DNA of 64,000 bases from positions 29,232 through 93,231 of IMG/VR virus record IMGVR_UViG_3300037851_000865, one strand, 5' to 3'. Below the pieces are notes generated by a model. It ran no database searches. It was not told where the DNA came from and was given only the letters and a program-made list of their open reading frames with translations. This document shows, one piece after another, positions 1-9,889 of this stretch (its first letter is position 1; each line of letters opens with the position of its first letter). Position numbers and translations under genes: made by a program. This DNA comes from a virus.

Positions 1-865
1 GACCTGTCCAGTAGAAGATGAAACGCGCTTTGAGAGGCTGTGTCAGGTCCTTGTGCAGAACGCGCCCTACGTGCATGTCAGCAATGACGTGCAGCCCGTC
101 CTCCCTTTCGGGTGTGGCGGTTAAGCAGTAACGCCTGCCGTAGAAAGCTGCCGCTGTTTTGGAGAATACAGGAGCTGAGAGGTGATGCCCCTCGTCCCAG
201 TACACCCCACCGAACCAGCGGCGAACTTCTTCAGGCATTGTGTCTACCCAGTTCGAGACTGAAGTGTATGTGCCAAGCACAAGACCCTTCTGCCAATCCT
301 TCTGTCCCGCGGCGATGATGCCGAGGCCCCCGGGGATGTCTAAGAAAGCCTCGGCTTCTTGTCGCCACTGTTCGAGCAGCTGCGCATTGTCGAGCATCAC
401 CAAGGCAGGAACCTTCTGCTCGGAGATGAAATGCAGCGTGGTTGGCGTCTTGCCCTTTCCACATGCCAGCTGAAGTACGCCTCCCATGGCGCCGTTCATG
501 GCGTCGAAGGACAGCTGCTGAACGTTGTCTCCTGTTGGAAGAAGTTCGTCCATGCCCTGGGCATTTGCCTGGATGCGATGGTCGAGCTTTACCTTGGAGG
601 AGAAGTCCACCCGAGCGTAGCTGCGCGGGCGGCAATCCACCACAGGGAACAAAAGCTCTTCTGCGCGCCAGAAGGCCCTGGGAACAAGAAGATGGTGCGG
701 TGCTTCTCTGTACAGGTGCAGAACCTTTGTAGCGCCTCCGTACCTATCCACCATCACATGTGTCAGGCTTTGTTTGGTGCCCTCGACGTTGATGTACGTC
801 TTGGGCACCCAGAGCCAGGTGTCAACATAGCCAAAAGAGGGGTCTCTTCTTATTACTTGCATCAT
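1..865 (-). CDS. Superfamily 2 (DExH) helicase, UvsW/XPB-like; runs off the left edge (not in ORF track)
   Basis: Manual translation from ATG at 865 (ATGA overlap with upstream stop): MMQVIRRDPSFG... with Walker A LACGKGKT, motif II WDEGHH and motif III LTATPEREDG; open to position 1. Confidence 0.9.
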   Translation of the reverse strand, partial: MMQVIRRDPSFGYVDTWLWVPKTYINVEGTKQSLTHVMVDRYGGATKVLHLYREAPHHLLVPRAFWRAEELLFPVVDCRPRSYARVDFSSKVKLDHRIQANAQGMDELLPTGDNVQQLSFDAMNGAMGGVLQLACGKGKTPTTLHFISEQKVPALVMLDNAQLLEQWRQEAEAFLDIPGGLGIIAAGQKDWQKGLVLGTYTSVSNWVDTMPEEVRRWFGGVYWDEGHHLSAPVFSKTAAAFYGRRYCLTATPEREDGLHVIADMHVGRVLHKDLTQPLKARFIFYWTG

Positions 866-1491
866 GCTCCTGGAGGTCTGCCCCCGATGGCGTAATAGTC
901 CATGTAATTCGCCACGGCGATAGCTGCCGCCTTGGTCATCGACCGAAACATCGTTCGAGCCAAACGCTGCCCGTGCGATACCCCGTCATTCAGGTAAGGC
1001 TCGGGCACCGTAACAAAGCTGGGAATCTGTGCCCCCATCATTGCGTGGTTTGCAGGGACCATGGCCGGCATTGCTGCGGCATGTGGCTGCGCGTACATGA
1101 CCCCGTTGTGGTACACCTGCTGAGGCTGGGCATACTGCTGAGGCATTACTTGCACCGGCTGCTGCTGCATCGTCGGTGGTACTGGAGGCGCCGCGAAGGG
1201 CGCTCTTTGTATTTGCTGTTGTGGTTGTGGTACTGGCGGAGCGAACATGGGAGATGGTGCCGGAGGGGCCGGCGGCGGCTTCAGCAGATTGGTAGGAGGG
1301 ATGACCCCCTGAGCGCCTTGCTGAACTCGACTTCCTGTAGTTGTCTGCGCGCAAGAGCTGTACCACTTGCACTTATCTCGTACGTGGCTCCCGTTCTGGG
1401 GATTCACGTACATGGGGTCTGTTCCCCCCTTGCATTCCGGGGCATTCGCCTCCCATTGTTTTCCGTAGCAGGTAGGCGCCTTGTCGACCAT
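862..1491 (-). CDS. Hypothetical protein: Cys-rich N-terminus (4 Cys), Pro/Gln-rich disordered middle
   Basis: 209-aa ORF, GGAG RBS upstream, coupled to the helicase start. Confidence 0.8.
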   Translation of the reverse strand: MVDKAPTCYGKQWEANAPECKGGTDPMYVNPQNGSHVRDKCKWYSSCAQTTTGSRVQQGAQGVIPPTNLLKPPPAPPAPSPMFAPPVPQPQQQIQRAPFAAPPVPPTMQQQPVQVMPQQYAQPQQVYHNGVMYAQPHAAAMPAMVPANHAMMGAQIPSFVTVPEPYLNDGVSHGQRLARTMFRSMTKAAAIAVANYMDYYAIGGRPPGA

Positions 1492-1525
1492 AAACTCTCC
1501 TTTGGCTATGGACTGTGTCCAGTTC

Positions 1526-1554
1526 TCTTATCCGGCATAATCGCCTACTATTGC
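1526..1554 (-). promoter_or_regulatory. Candidate phage promoter GCAA-N19-ATAAGA (copy 1)
   Basis: Plus strand TCTTAT 1526-1531, 19 nt, TTGC 1551-1554; 34 nt upstream of the 1491 start. Confidence 0.65.
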
Positions 1555-1593
1555 AGGTGACCTGCGTACCGGTTACGCTCCTGTGGAGGCCTG

Positions 1594-2115
1594 ATGCACA
1601 AACTCAGCGGACTGATTCTTGACGTTGCAGATGACCAGAGGGGAGAAATTCTCCGTTCTGTTTTCCCGACAGCGGCTTCCATGCCCAACTTCGTCAAGAG
1701 TGCCCAATACGTCGGTGAGTCTCAGCGCAGCAGCCTGCCGGACACCATGTTCGCTCTTGTCCTTCGAGACGGAGACGTCAGCCTTCGGAAGTTTGCTTGT
1801 GCCACTTCGGGTGATACAGCCCTGAGTGTCGAGTACTTCATGAAGACTGCCCACAAGCTGCCTGTCGAGGCGCAGAAGGTGGCCGCCAGGAACCTTTGCG
1901 AGGCGTGCTCGTGGTACGATATCGAGCCGCCAGAGGGGTTGCAGAAGGTAGCTCTTGGGTTGGGAACAATGCTCAGCGCGGCCTTCATGGCCCCTGAGGC
2001 CGTGAACCAAGCGAAGGCAATAAAGGGTAACCTACAGATAGCGAAGCAGTCCGGCGGGATGGTAAATCCCGCTCTTGCCGGCGGGGCACAAGCAGCTCCC
2101 CCACAGGTGCAATGA
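1594..2115 (+). CDS. Putative virion (head) protein with K-x-A motifs
   Basis: 173 aa, GGAGG RBS; VKSA, MKTA, QKVA x2; first gene of the operon leading to portal. Confidence 0.7.
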   Translation: MHKLSGLILDVADDQRGEILRSVFPTAASMPNFVKSAQYVGESQRSSLPDTMFALVLRDGDVSLRKFACATSGDTALSVEYFMKTAHKLPVEAQKVAARNLCEACSWYDIEPPEGLQKVALGLGTMLSAAFMAPEAVNQAKAIKGNLQIAKQSGGMVNPALAGGAQAAPPQVQ

Positions 2116-3152
2116 TGGAACAAATCGGTCGTATTCAGTTGTGGCGAAAAATTGGCGGTGATGTTCTCGAGAAGGGAGCGGAGCTGGCCAGCACCTACGA
2201 CATGCCTGCGCAAGAGCCTCTGGACAAGATGCCCAACAAGGGGCAGCCGAAGGCTGTTCTGCGGAAGGTGGCTTCTGCCGGACATCTTGTGCAAACTTCA
2301 TCTGAGCCCGACCATGACTTTGTCTCCTTCTTGGAAGGCAAAGAGAAGGAGCTCGAGGGCGGTGTGCTTGGCGAGCAGAAAGACTCCTTGCCGCAAATGG
2401 CCGCGCTCGCACCACACGTAGACGTGAGCTCGTTTGAGCCGCCGAAGGTGCTCGAAGAGAAGAAGGCCAGCTACTACGCCCTCCCTGACTACGAGATGTA
2501 CCCGCTGGACAGCTACGTCCAGGTCAAGACGGCGAAGCGCTACTTCCTCGACAACTACCGGTACATGGCTCCCGAGGACCGCCATGAGTACTGCGCGAAT
2601 CTGACCAAGCGCGCCTCGGCACTGAACATTGTGACGGACCCTCTCATCGAGAAGTACGGGTCGGCTACGTATGCTCACCCCGATGCTATCGATGCTTGTT
2701 TGGCAGCTCGCCGCGAGTTCCTTCAGGACGAGGACCACATCGGCATTCTGGACAAGCTGGCTTCTGTTCGCCACGCCGTGGACCCCGACGTCTTCGCAGA
2801 GACTCTTGAGCGCTTTGACGTCTCAACAGGCATCGCCAACCAGTACAACGACTCGATGCCCGACGCGTACTTCAGCACCTTCGGGAAGACGGCCGAAGAG
2901 CTTGTCGAGCAGACCAGTCCCGAGACTTCTGTGGTGATTGGTAACGAGTACATCACTCGTCGCCGCCTAGCCGAGTACCTGCAGAACAACGTGAGCACAG
3001 TAGCGCAGCGCTTCGGCGCGGACGTAGCCAAGGAGATGTCCAACAGCCCCAACGACATCTTCGACAGCCTGCCTCGTGACCAGAAGCTGGTCATCATGCG
3101 CATGGCAAACAATGATGATTCCCCAGTCCGTCAGGCTATCCAGACTGCATGA
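2112..3152 (+). CDS. Putative virion (head) protein with K-x-A motifs
   Basis: 346 aa; RKVAS, EKKAS, VKTAK, DKLAS, GKTAE; ATGA-coupled. Confidence 0.75.
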   Translation: MMEQIGRIQLWRKIGGDVLEKGAELASTYDMPAQEPLDKMPNKGQPKAVLRKVASAGHLVQTSSEPDHDFVSFLEGKEKELEGGVLGEQKDSLPQMAALAPHVDVSSFEPPKVLEEKKASYYALPDYEMYPLDSYVQVKTAKRYFLDNYRYMAPEDRHEYCANLTKRASALNIVTDPLIEKYGSATYAHPDAIDACLAARREFLQDEDHIGILDKLASVRHAVDPDVFAETLERFDVSTGIANQYNDSMPDAYFSTFGKTAEELVEQTSPETSVVIGNEYITRRRLAEYLQNNVSTVAQRFGADVAKEMSNSPNDIFDSLPRDQKLVIMRMANNDDSPVRQAIQTA

Positions 3153-4003
3153 CCTTCGACACCGACGTCTTTGACCTTCGCTTCAAGAACGCCGCTGCTG
3201 GTCTGGGTCTCACAAAGACCGGCGCCGACGTCGTTGACGGAGTTGCGCCCGAAGACAACGATACGGTCATTGAAGACGACGATGATGTCACGGACGTTGA
3301 GGTAGAGGAGGAGCAAGACACCCCCCTGCCCGACGTCAATGTGGCGTCTGAAGATGACAAGACACGCCGTGTTCAGGTCAGCAACTTCTTCAGCCATCCG
3401 GATTCTCACCCAATCATCCTGGACCTTCTTCTTCTTCAGAAGTACGGTCCCGAGTGGTTTGATTGGGAGCACGAAACGCTTGAGCTTCGAGTGCAACATG
3501 ACTTCGGTCAGGCCGTCAGCGAGCTGAACATGCACAAGATTCAGGCCGCAAAGACGCTGCACTTCATCGATACGTACTGGAAGGAGTGGCACGTCTTCTG
3601 TTGGGTGACGATGGCCTTCAACGGCCTCTACCCAGACTTCGAAGTGATGCAGGTACCTACAGTCGCTCAGGCCATGGTCTCGGTCGACATCGCAAACCGC
3701 ATCCGCCAGGACGTGCCTTTCAGCCAGGAGCTCAACGATTTTCTCGAGCAGGTGCAGATGCATGACGGCATCTTTGTTCCCATCGAGCCTCTCACGTTCG
3801 TGACCATGGACGACGTGGACGACTACGTGGTGGACGTAGAAGAGGTGAAGAACCGCTGGCCTGACGTGCGCACATCAGGTAGGGCCCCGAAAGGCGACAC
3901 CGTAACGGACGAGCAGCTTCGTAGGATGCTTGACGTGCGAGAAATCCTCGAGGAGTCTCGCCAGGAGCTCAAGGAACAGCTGAGGCTGGTGGCACGTGGC
4001 TGA
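3149..4003 (+). CDS. Hypothetical protein with acidic N-terminal region
   Basis: 284 aa, translationally coupled within the portal operon. Confidence 0.75.
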   Translation: MTFDTDVFDLRFKNAAAGLGLTKTGADVVDGVAPEDNDTVIEDDDDVTDVEVEEEQDTPLPDVNVASEDDKTRRVQVSNFFSHPDSHPIILDLLLLQKYGPEWFDWEHETLELRVQHDFGQAVSELNMHKIQAAKTLHFIDTYWKEWHVFCWVTMAFNGLYPDFEVMQVPTVAQAMVSVDIANRIRQDVPFSQELNDFLEQVQMHDGIFVPIEPLTFVTMDDVDDYVVDVEEVKNRWPDVRTSGRAPKGDTVTDEQLRRMLDVREILEESRQELKEQLRLVARG

Positions 4004-4961
4004 ACAACTACCTAAGAATACGCTGGTGAAGGAAGGTGCCTCGCCTCTGGGTCTGGGACAGCGCGCCCTCGCCGCAGGCGGCCTTGGTGGTGTGGGTCTG
4101 GGTATCGGCGGGCTTGCGGGCGCACTCCTCGGAGGGGTGCGGGGTGCGCGCCGTGCGAAGGAAGAAGGCACCTCTGGTGTCTCCGGCGCTCTTCGTGGAG
4201 CTCTGGGGGGCGCCTCCAAGGGGGCTCTTCTCGGGGGGCTCGGAGGAGCGGTCGTTGGCGGTTTGGGCGGAAAAGCCACGCAGCAACTTTCTTCTAGCTT
4301 GGGCGGTGATGTTGGGGCGTTGGGCGCATTCAACCGTTTTGGTCAGCGCCAGGCCTATAGCCTGACTGGCGCTCTTCCCGAGGGAATGAGTGCCGCGAAA
4401 GGCAAGAAACTGCTTGGGCTGGGGCAGGCAAGTGGTCTGCGTGAGCAGGCTGCTCGCGAGGCCAGCACCGGTGCCAGCAAGGAGCAGGTGAGTAAGCTGC
4501 TTCGTGCCGCGAAAGCACACGCCGCTGCCGAGAACATGGGGCTAGACAACGTGCCGGGCTTCTTCAAGTCCCTGGCGTCTAAGCCGGCTGACACCCTCAA
4601 GACTCTTGCTGCTAAGGAGTGGCACGGCAGCCCCTCTGTCGCAGGGAAACTTTTGACCGTGGGCCTGCCTGCGGCAGCGCTCGCTGGTGACGCTTTTGGT
4701 CCTACAGGAGAAGGACGCACCAGGGCAGGTAACATCCTAGGTGGTGCTGGGTCTGCTCTTGGGTTTATGGCACCACTGCCTCTTGCGGGACAGGCAGTCG
4801 CTTCCGGTCTTTTAGGCGGTGCCGGTCGTCGCATGGGTAATCTCATCGGTCCCAAAGGCGCACGCCCCGCAAACCCGGGCCCCGAGCCTGAGCTTTCAGG
4901 AACTGAGTCGACCAGCGCTCCGCACGTCTACTCGCAACGTATGACTGGAGACTTCGCATGA
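3996..4961 (+). CDS. Gly/Ala-rich protein with several glycine-zipper hydrophobic segments; putative internal/ejection protein
   Basis: GLGGVGLGIGGLAGALLGG, GALLGGLGGAVVGGLGG, ILGGAGSALG...; GTG start; directly upstream of portal. Confidence 0.7.
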   Translation: MAEQLPKNTLVKEGASPLGLGQRALAAGGLGGVGLGIGGLAGALLGGVRGARRAKEEGTSGVSGALRGALGGASKGALLGGLGGAVVGGLGGKATQQLSSSLGGDVGALGAFNRFGQRQAYSLTGALPEGMSAAKGKKLLGLGQASGLREQAAREASTGASKEQVSKLLRAAKAHAAAENMGLDNVPGFFKSLASKPADTLKTLAAKEWHGSPSVAGKLLTVGLPAAALAGDAFGPTGEGRTRAGNILGGAGSALGFMAPLPLAGQAVASGLLGGAGRRMGNLIGPKGARPANPGPEPELSGTESTSAPHVYSQRMTGDFA

Positions 4962-7039
4962 GCTTCTGTGGTTTTGGCGCTGGGCCTGGCGGCACTTCTC
5001 TCGGCGGCCCTGCTGTTACGCGGGGGCGCATTCAGGGCAGTATGGGTGCGGTCAACTACCCGAACCCTTTCTTTGACATCGCGCACACGTACCTGCCGAC
5101 GACCGTCAAGGAGCTCTTCAAGTACTGCCGTTACTACTTTCTCACGAACCCGCTCATCAACGCGACGGTGTTCAAGCTGAGTGAGTACCCGGTCACCGAC
5201 ATCATCATCGACCACGAGAACGGTGAGGTGAAGAAGCGTTGGGAGGAGTACTTCCACGACCATCTGCAGTTCCGCCCTTTCCAGGTGGAGTGCGGGCTCG
5301 ACTACAACACATATGGCAACTGTATGGTCAGTCTCGCGTTTCCTTTCGCGAAGCACCTGACCTGCCCGAGCTGTGGGTACACCGAGAAGGCGAAGAAGAT
5401 TCGCCAGCACTGGACGTTCACGAACTATGGGTTTCGCCTGAACTGCCCCTCTTGCGGGATGACCGACGAGGCCCGGGTTAAGGATGTCTATTACAAGAAC
5501 GCGTCCGGCATCAAGCTCATCCGGTGGAACGTCGAGGATGTGGAAATCACGTACAACGACGTGACGGGCGAGAGCACGTACTTCTACAACATCCCCGGGC
5601 CGCTCCGCAGCGACATCGTCATCGGCAAGAAGGACATCGTCGAGTCGGTGCCGCAAATCTTCATTCAGGCCCTGCGTCAGCAGAAGGGCATCGTCTTCAG
5701 CAAGGACAATCTCTTCCACATGAAGCGTCCGACGCTCGCGTGGCAAGACCGTGGGTGGGGTATTCCGCTCATCCTCCCGGTCCTGAAGGATGCCTTCTAC
5801 CTGCAGCTGATGAAGAAGGCGCAGGAAGCCATCTTGCTTGAGCACATCGTACCTCTTCGAGTGCTCTTCCCGCAGGCCGCTACAGGGACCACCGACCCCT
5901 TCACCACCATCAACCTGGTGCAGTGGAAGGAGCAGGTGGCGGCTGAGATTGGTCGCTGGCGCTACGACAACAATTACATCCCCATCATGCCGCTGCCTCT
6001 CGGCAACCAGAGCATCGGTGGTGACGGTAAAGCCCTGCTCATGTTCAACGAGATGAACATGCAGCAGGAGACACTCATCATGGGTATGGGTGTTCCGCGC
6101 GAGTTCCTTCAGGGCGGTCTAAGCTACTCAGGCACCAACGTTTCGATGCGCATGCTCGAGAACGCGTTCATTGGATACCAGCTTCGACAGAAGCTCATGG
6201 CCAACTGGATTATGAAGATGGTCGCCGGGTACATGGAGTGGACCGAAGCGACGATTCGCTTCAAGCCCTTCAAGATGGCGGACGACATTCAGCGCAAGGC
6301 GTACATGCTCCAGCTGAACCAGGCGCAGAAGATTTCCGACACGACCCTCTTGGCCGATGCTGACCTTCGTCAAGAGGACGAAGACGAAATCATGATGCGT
6401 GAGACCGCGAAGCGTCTGCAGGCGACCCGCAAGCAGCAGCTCGCGATGGCTGACGTTCAGGGCGAGGCTCAACTCATCCAGATGAAGTATCAGGCCAAAG
6501 CCCAGCAGGCGATGGCGCAGGAGCAGGGCATGCCTGCTCCCGGGGAGCCTGGAGGAGCCGAGGGTCAAATGGACCCCATGGCTGCACAGCAGCAGGCGCA
6601 GACGGCCCAGCAGCAACAGCAGGCTGCCCAACAGCAGCAGATGGCTATGCAGGCCGGCGGCGGGGCTACGCAGACTCCTAAGCAAGGCCTGCAGATGATG
6701 GGCATGCCTTCACCGGAACAAATGCTGCCGAGTGGTGGTGTGGCTGACTCGAGTCTTGGCGGTATGCCGCAAGAAGCACAGAGCCAGCTTGGTGCCGGGG
6801 CACAGGGCGGCGGCATGGACATCCAGGCGATGGCCCAGATGTACGCTCAGCAGATTGTAGGCATGGACCCGCGGGAGCAGGACATGGCGATTCAGATGCT
6901 GCAGCAGCAGTCCCCACAACTGGCTCAGTTGGTCATGCAAATTGTCATGAGCATGCAGCCTCAGCAGCAGCCAACTGGAGTAGACCAGCGTCCACTTCCG
7001 AACCAGAAGCCCGAGCGTCGAGCCGCGGCATCTGTTTAG
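4958..7039 (+). CDS. Portal protein with zinc-ribbon insertion and Gln-rich C-terminal tail
   Basis: 693 aa; portal-like pattern (NPLINATVFKLSEYP; HMKRPTLA...WGIPLILP; LIMGMGVPREFLQGG...SMRMLEN); CPSCG x2; head-gene context. Confidence 0.8.
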   Translation: MSFCGFGAGPGGTSLGGPAVTRGRIQGSMGAVNYPNPFFDIAHTYLPTTVKELFKYCRYYFLTNPLINATVFKLSEYPVTDIIIDHENGEVKKRWEEYFHDHLQFRPFQVECGLDYNTYGNCMVSLAFPFAKHLTCPSCGYTEKAKKIRQHWTFTNYGFRLNCPSCGMTDEARVKDVYYKNASGIKLIRWNVEDVEITYNDVTGESTYFYNIPGPLRSDIVIGKKDIVESVPQIFIQALRQQKGIVFSKDNLFHMKRPTLAWQDRGWGIPLILPVLKDAFYLQLMKKAQEAILLEHIVPLRVLFPQAATGTTDPFTTINLVQWKEQVAAEIGRWRYDNNYIPIMPLPLGNQSIGGDGKALLMFNEMNMQQETLIMGMGVPREFLQGGLSYSGTNVSMRMLENAFIGYQLRQKLMANWIMKMVAGYMEWTEATIRFKPFKMADDIQRKAYMLQLNQAQKISDTTLLADADLRQEDEDEIMMRETAKRLQATRKQQLAMADVQGEAQLIQMKYQAKAQQAMAQEQGMPAPGEPGGAEGQMDPMAAQQQAQTAQQQQQAAQQQQMAMQAGGGATQTPKQGLQMMGMPSPEQMLPSGGVADSSLGGMPQEAQSQLGAGAQGGGMDIQAMAQMYAQQIVGMDPREQDMAIQMLQQQSPQLAQLVMQIVMSMQPQQQPTGVDQRPLPNQKPERRAAASV

Positions 7040-7051
7040 ATACCAGTTGTT

Positions 7052-7351
7052 TTGTGCTATGCTTTCGCAGTGTCACAAGACGGAGCTACTGAACGTGAGT
7101 TGGTACTTGTCCCATTAAGCTCTGTTCGCGAGGTAGATGAGTGCCTTCGCGAGCTGCTTAACTACGTCGACAGCACTGCACGGCTGCGCCCAGAGCTGCT
7201 ACGTATCCAGCGTATTGTGCGCGAAATGGACCCGGATAAAACAAACCCTGGGGGCATCGCGTCATCTAGCGCGCCGAATAGCGCCTATTCGGCCTCCTCG
7301 AAGTTCGACAGCGGGTTGTGGGGTCCACGCTTCGCGAAAGAAGATAAGTAG
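7052..7351 (+). CDS. Hypothetical protein (start uncertain)
   Basis: 99-aa ORF filling the gap between portal and a terminator. Confidence 0.5.
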   Translation: MCYAFAVSQDGATERELVLVPLSSVREVDECLRELLNYVDSTARLRPELLRIQRIVREMDPDKTNPGGIASSSAPNSAYSASSKFDSGLWGPRFAKEDK

Positions 7352-7355
7352 GGCT

Positions 7356-7382
7356 AAAAAGAAGGGGCCCTTAGGCCCCTTC
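7356..7382 (-). terminator. Intrinsic terminator for the leftward MoxR/vWA operon
   Basis: GAAGGGGCC-CTTA-GGCCCCTTC stem followed by T5 on the minus strand. Confidence 0.8.
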
Positions 7383-8693
7383 TCACGGAGAATCAAACTC
7401 CTCCACCACGCCATCGTCGTTTGAGCAGATGACGTAGTGGCCCCATTTCGTAGGCCGCATGCGCCACGAGGACGGCACAATGACCCAGATGACCGGGACC
7501 CCAGGAGGCGCTCGTTCAGGCGCAGGCCCTCCACCGTCCGTCACAATCATGATGACGTTCGGCTTGGGGCGCAGCTTCTTCAGGCGCTCGAAGACAGGCC
7601 TAAAGTCGGTACCGCCTCGGCCGTGTGCCTTGATGTTCTTCAAGTCGCGTAAGGAGGTTCGCTGAAAATCTTTGACGATTTGGGTATCGCCTTGCGCCAG
7701 CAACACGTGGTCGATACCCATCTGCGCCAGTACCTCATACGTCACCTGGACACACTTCTCGAGCTCCTTGGTGCCCATGGAGCCTGATGTGTCCCAGAAC
7801 ATCGCAATCTCCGCCTTCTGGTCAATGAGACCAGGTCGAGGAATGCCCAGCAGAATGGAGCGCTTTGACTGTCGAGCCATCGAGAAGTCAGAGCCGCCAG
7901 AAAGAGCAAGGCCAGTAGTACGTCGAACGACGTGCTTCAGGTCTTTCTCCCAATTGCGCTCTTTCTTCTTCTTCGTGCTGTTCAGAAGTTCTTCCACCCA
8001 GCCAGGGGCGGTGCCTCGGCCAGCACCGCCTTGGAAGTGCTTCTTGGCCTCAGACGCTGTGATGCGCTTTGTGTTTTCCTTCTCTGCCTCTGTTCTGCCT
8101 ACTCCAGAAGCGTTGGCTGCTGCTTCTGCCTGCGCGAGGTCACTGCCTTGTCCCCCGTCGTTGCCCGCAACGGAGCCGCATTGACCAGCACAGACATCAG
8201 GCTTCTGTTTGTCCTTGTTCTTCTGCGCATTCTTCATGAGCTCTTGGAAGTAGAACTCCATGGACTCATGTCGCGGCAGGCCGTAGGAACGCGAGAAGAT
8301 TGCCCAAGACGGCAGCTCCCACTCAGCGTCAACGAGGTCATCGTTGATGGGAATGTCTGCCGCCATGTTGGCTATCTGCATGTCTATCGTCGCAAGCTCT
8401 TTGATGCGGTCCATATTTCGAAGGATGTGCATCGCTTCGTGAACAAGACCACCCGCAAGCTTGCGCGGAAGACCGTCTGAATCCAGTGTACTGAACTCAG
8501 GGTCGTCTACGAGCCGCACTGGGTCGTATAGAAAAATCATCGTGTCGGTGACAGCGATGGTCCCAAGATTCGGAACCGGCACAGGCACTAAGCTGTAAAT
8601 CAGCCGAGTGAAGTAGGGCCCCTTCTTCTTGACGTAAATACGGGCCCTCGCCAGGAGGTCGAGGGCCTTTCGTTCGTATTCTTCGGGGTTCAT
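7383..8693 (-). CDS. vWA-domain protein with N-terminal HExxH metallopeptidase-like domain (DUF2201-type)
   Basis: HEAMH motif; MIDAS-like DTSGSM; GRGGTDFRP; VTDG; adjacent to AAA+ ATPase. Confidence 0.85.
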   Translation of the reverse strand: MNPEEYERKALDLLARARIYVKKKGPYFTRLIYSLVPVPVPNLGTIAVTDTMIFLYDPVRLVDDPEFSTLDSDGLPRKLAGGLVHEAMHILRNMDRIKELATIDMQIANMAADIPINDDLVDAEWELPSWAIFSRSYGLPRHESMEFYFQELMKNAQKNKDKQKPDVCAGQCGSVAGNDGGQGSDLAQAEAAANASGVGRTEAEKENTKRITASEAKKHFQGGAGRGTAPGWVEELLNSTKKKKERNWEKDLKHVVRRTTGLALSGGSDFSMARQSKRSILLGIPRPGLIDQKAEIAMFWDTSGSMGTKELEKCVQVTYEVLAQMGIDHVLLAQGDTQIVKDFQRTSLRDLKNIKAHGRGGTDFRPVFERLKKLRPKPNVIMIVTDGGGPAPERAPPGVPVIWVIVPSSWRMRPTKWGHYVICSNDDGVVEEFDSP

Positions 8694-9889
8694 GTTGTTG
8701 CGTACTTCGCCATGACTCCAATCGTCTTCATGGCTTTCTTGGCAGCTTCAGCAGCTGCCTTGTTGGGGTTGTTGTGGTTTAGCTGCGCGACAGCAAGGTC
8801 GTGAGCAATGGGGAGGACGATGTCCTTCATACCTGCTCCGAACGTGTCGAGGACAATGCTCCATGCGTTTTCTGCAAGCGCTTGTCGCGTAACCACATCC
8901 GGGTGCGAGCAAAGCCAAGAACTCATAGAGTTCAGGGCCGTCATTGTGATGTCGAGACGCTTTGAGTCGGCAATCCAGCCATTGCGCAGCATCTCTTCCG
9001 GGTGCGGAAGGTCCGCTTTCTGGCACCACTCCACCCACTCGACTTCATGCTTTGAGCCGATGCAGCCAAAGAGCAGTTCGTTCTCGAGCTCCTTTGGCAG
9101 GTTCAGGCAGCGCACAGTCGTAATAGCGCAGGTACCGAAGTACCAGGTTCGCGGGGAAGGCCATGCCCCGCTACCTTCCTCGCTATCTGGGGTTGGCTGG
9201 TTGTGCAGCATACTCGCTCCTTGTGCTTGCACGAAACCGACCACCAACGCACGGACCTGACCCCAGTGGTGGTGCCAGTTGTCTTTCACCATCTGCTCCG
9301 CCTGCTGGAAGCTGGGAAGACTGCTCATGGAGCGTCCCATCATCCAATCTCCCCAGGTACCTACCTCAGGCTTTCCGGCATCGATGTGCACGAAGCGGTT
9401 TGCTAGGGCTGCCTCAAGGGCGAACCCGCCGGCGGCGTACTCGGGAGGGTTCATACCTGCCAGAACACGGACCTTGTTAGGCAGCTGGTGGTCTCCTACT
9501 TTTCGTTCGTCCACTAGCCCCAAGCAGGGACCCTGGACAGCGGGGCGGGCCGTCGTGAGCTCGTCGATGAAGAGTACGCCCTGTCCGGCCGCCATTAGAG
9601 CTCGAGCCTGCGGCAGGATGCACTCCAGAACGACTCCGTCCGGCGTGGGTACGATGGCACCGCCGAAGTCTTCAGGCTGCTTGTGGCTGGGGAACACCTT
9701 CTGGAAGGGCAGTCCCAAAGAACGTACCGCAGCCCCTACTCGCTGGGACTTTCCGATACCGGAGAGTCCGACAATGTTTAGAGGCAGCCCCCACCGGCAG
9801 GTGGGGGAGTTCGGTCCCATCGGGTCGAAGGGGTCGACCTGAGGTACTGAGAGTGCTGCGAGGATTTTCTGCTCGAGTGTGACAGCCAT
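8690..9889 (-). CDS. MoxR-like AAA+ ATPase
   Basis: Walker A GLSGIGKS, Walker B LFIDE, ALANRF arginine finger, PSPRTW; start moved to the ATG at 9889 (TAATG overlap). Confidence 0.9.
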   Translation of the reverse strand: MAVTLEQKILAALSVPQVDPFDPMGPNSPTCRWGLPLNIVGLSGIGKSQRVGAAVRSLGLPFQKVFPSHKQPEDFGGAIVPTPDGVVLECILPQARALMAAGQGVLFIDELTTARPAVQGPCLGLVDERKVGDHQLPNKVRVLAGMNPPEYAAGGFALEAALANRFVHIDAGKPEVGTWGDWMMGRSMSSLPSFQQAEQMVKDNWHHHWGQVRALVVGFVQAQGASMLHNQPTPDSEEGSGAWPSPRTWYFGTCAITTVRCLNLPKELENELLFGCIGSKHEVEWVEWCQKADLPHPEEMLRNGWIADSKRLDITMTALNSMSSWLCSHPDVVTRQALAENAWSIVLDTFGAGMKDIVLPIAHDLAVAQLNHNNPNKAAAEAAKKAMKTIGVMAKYATT

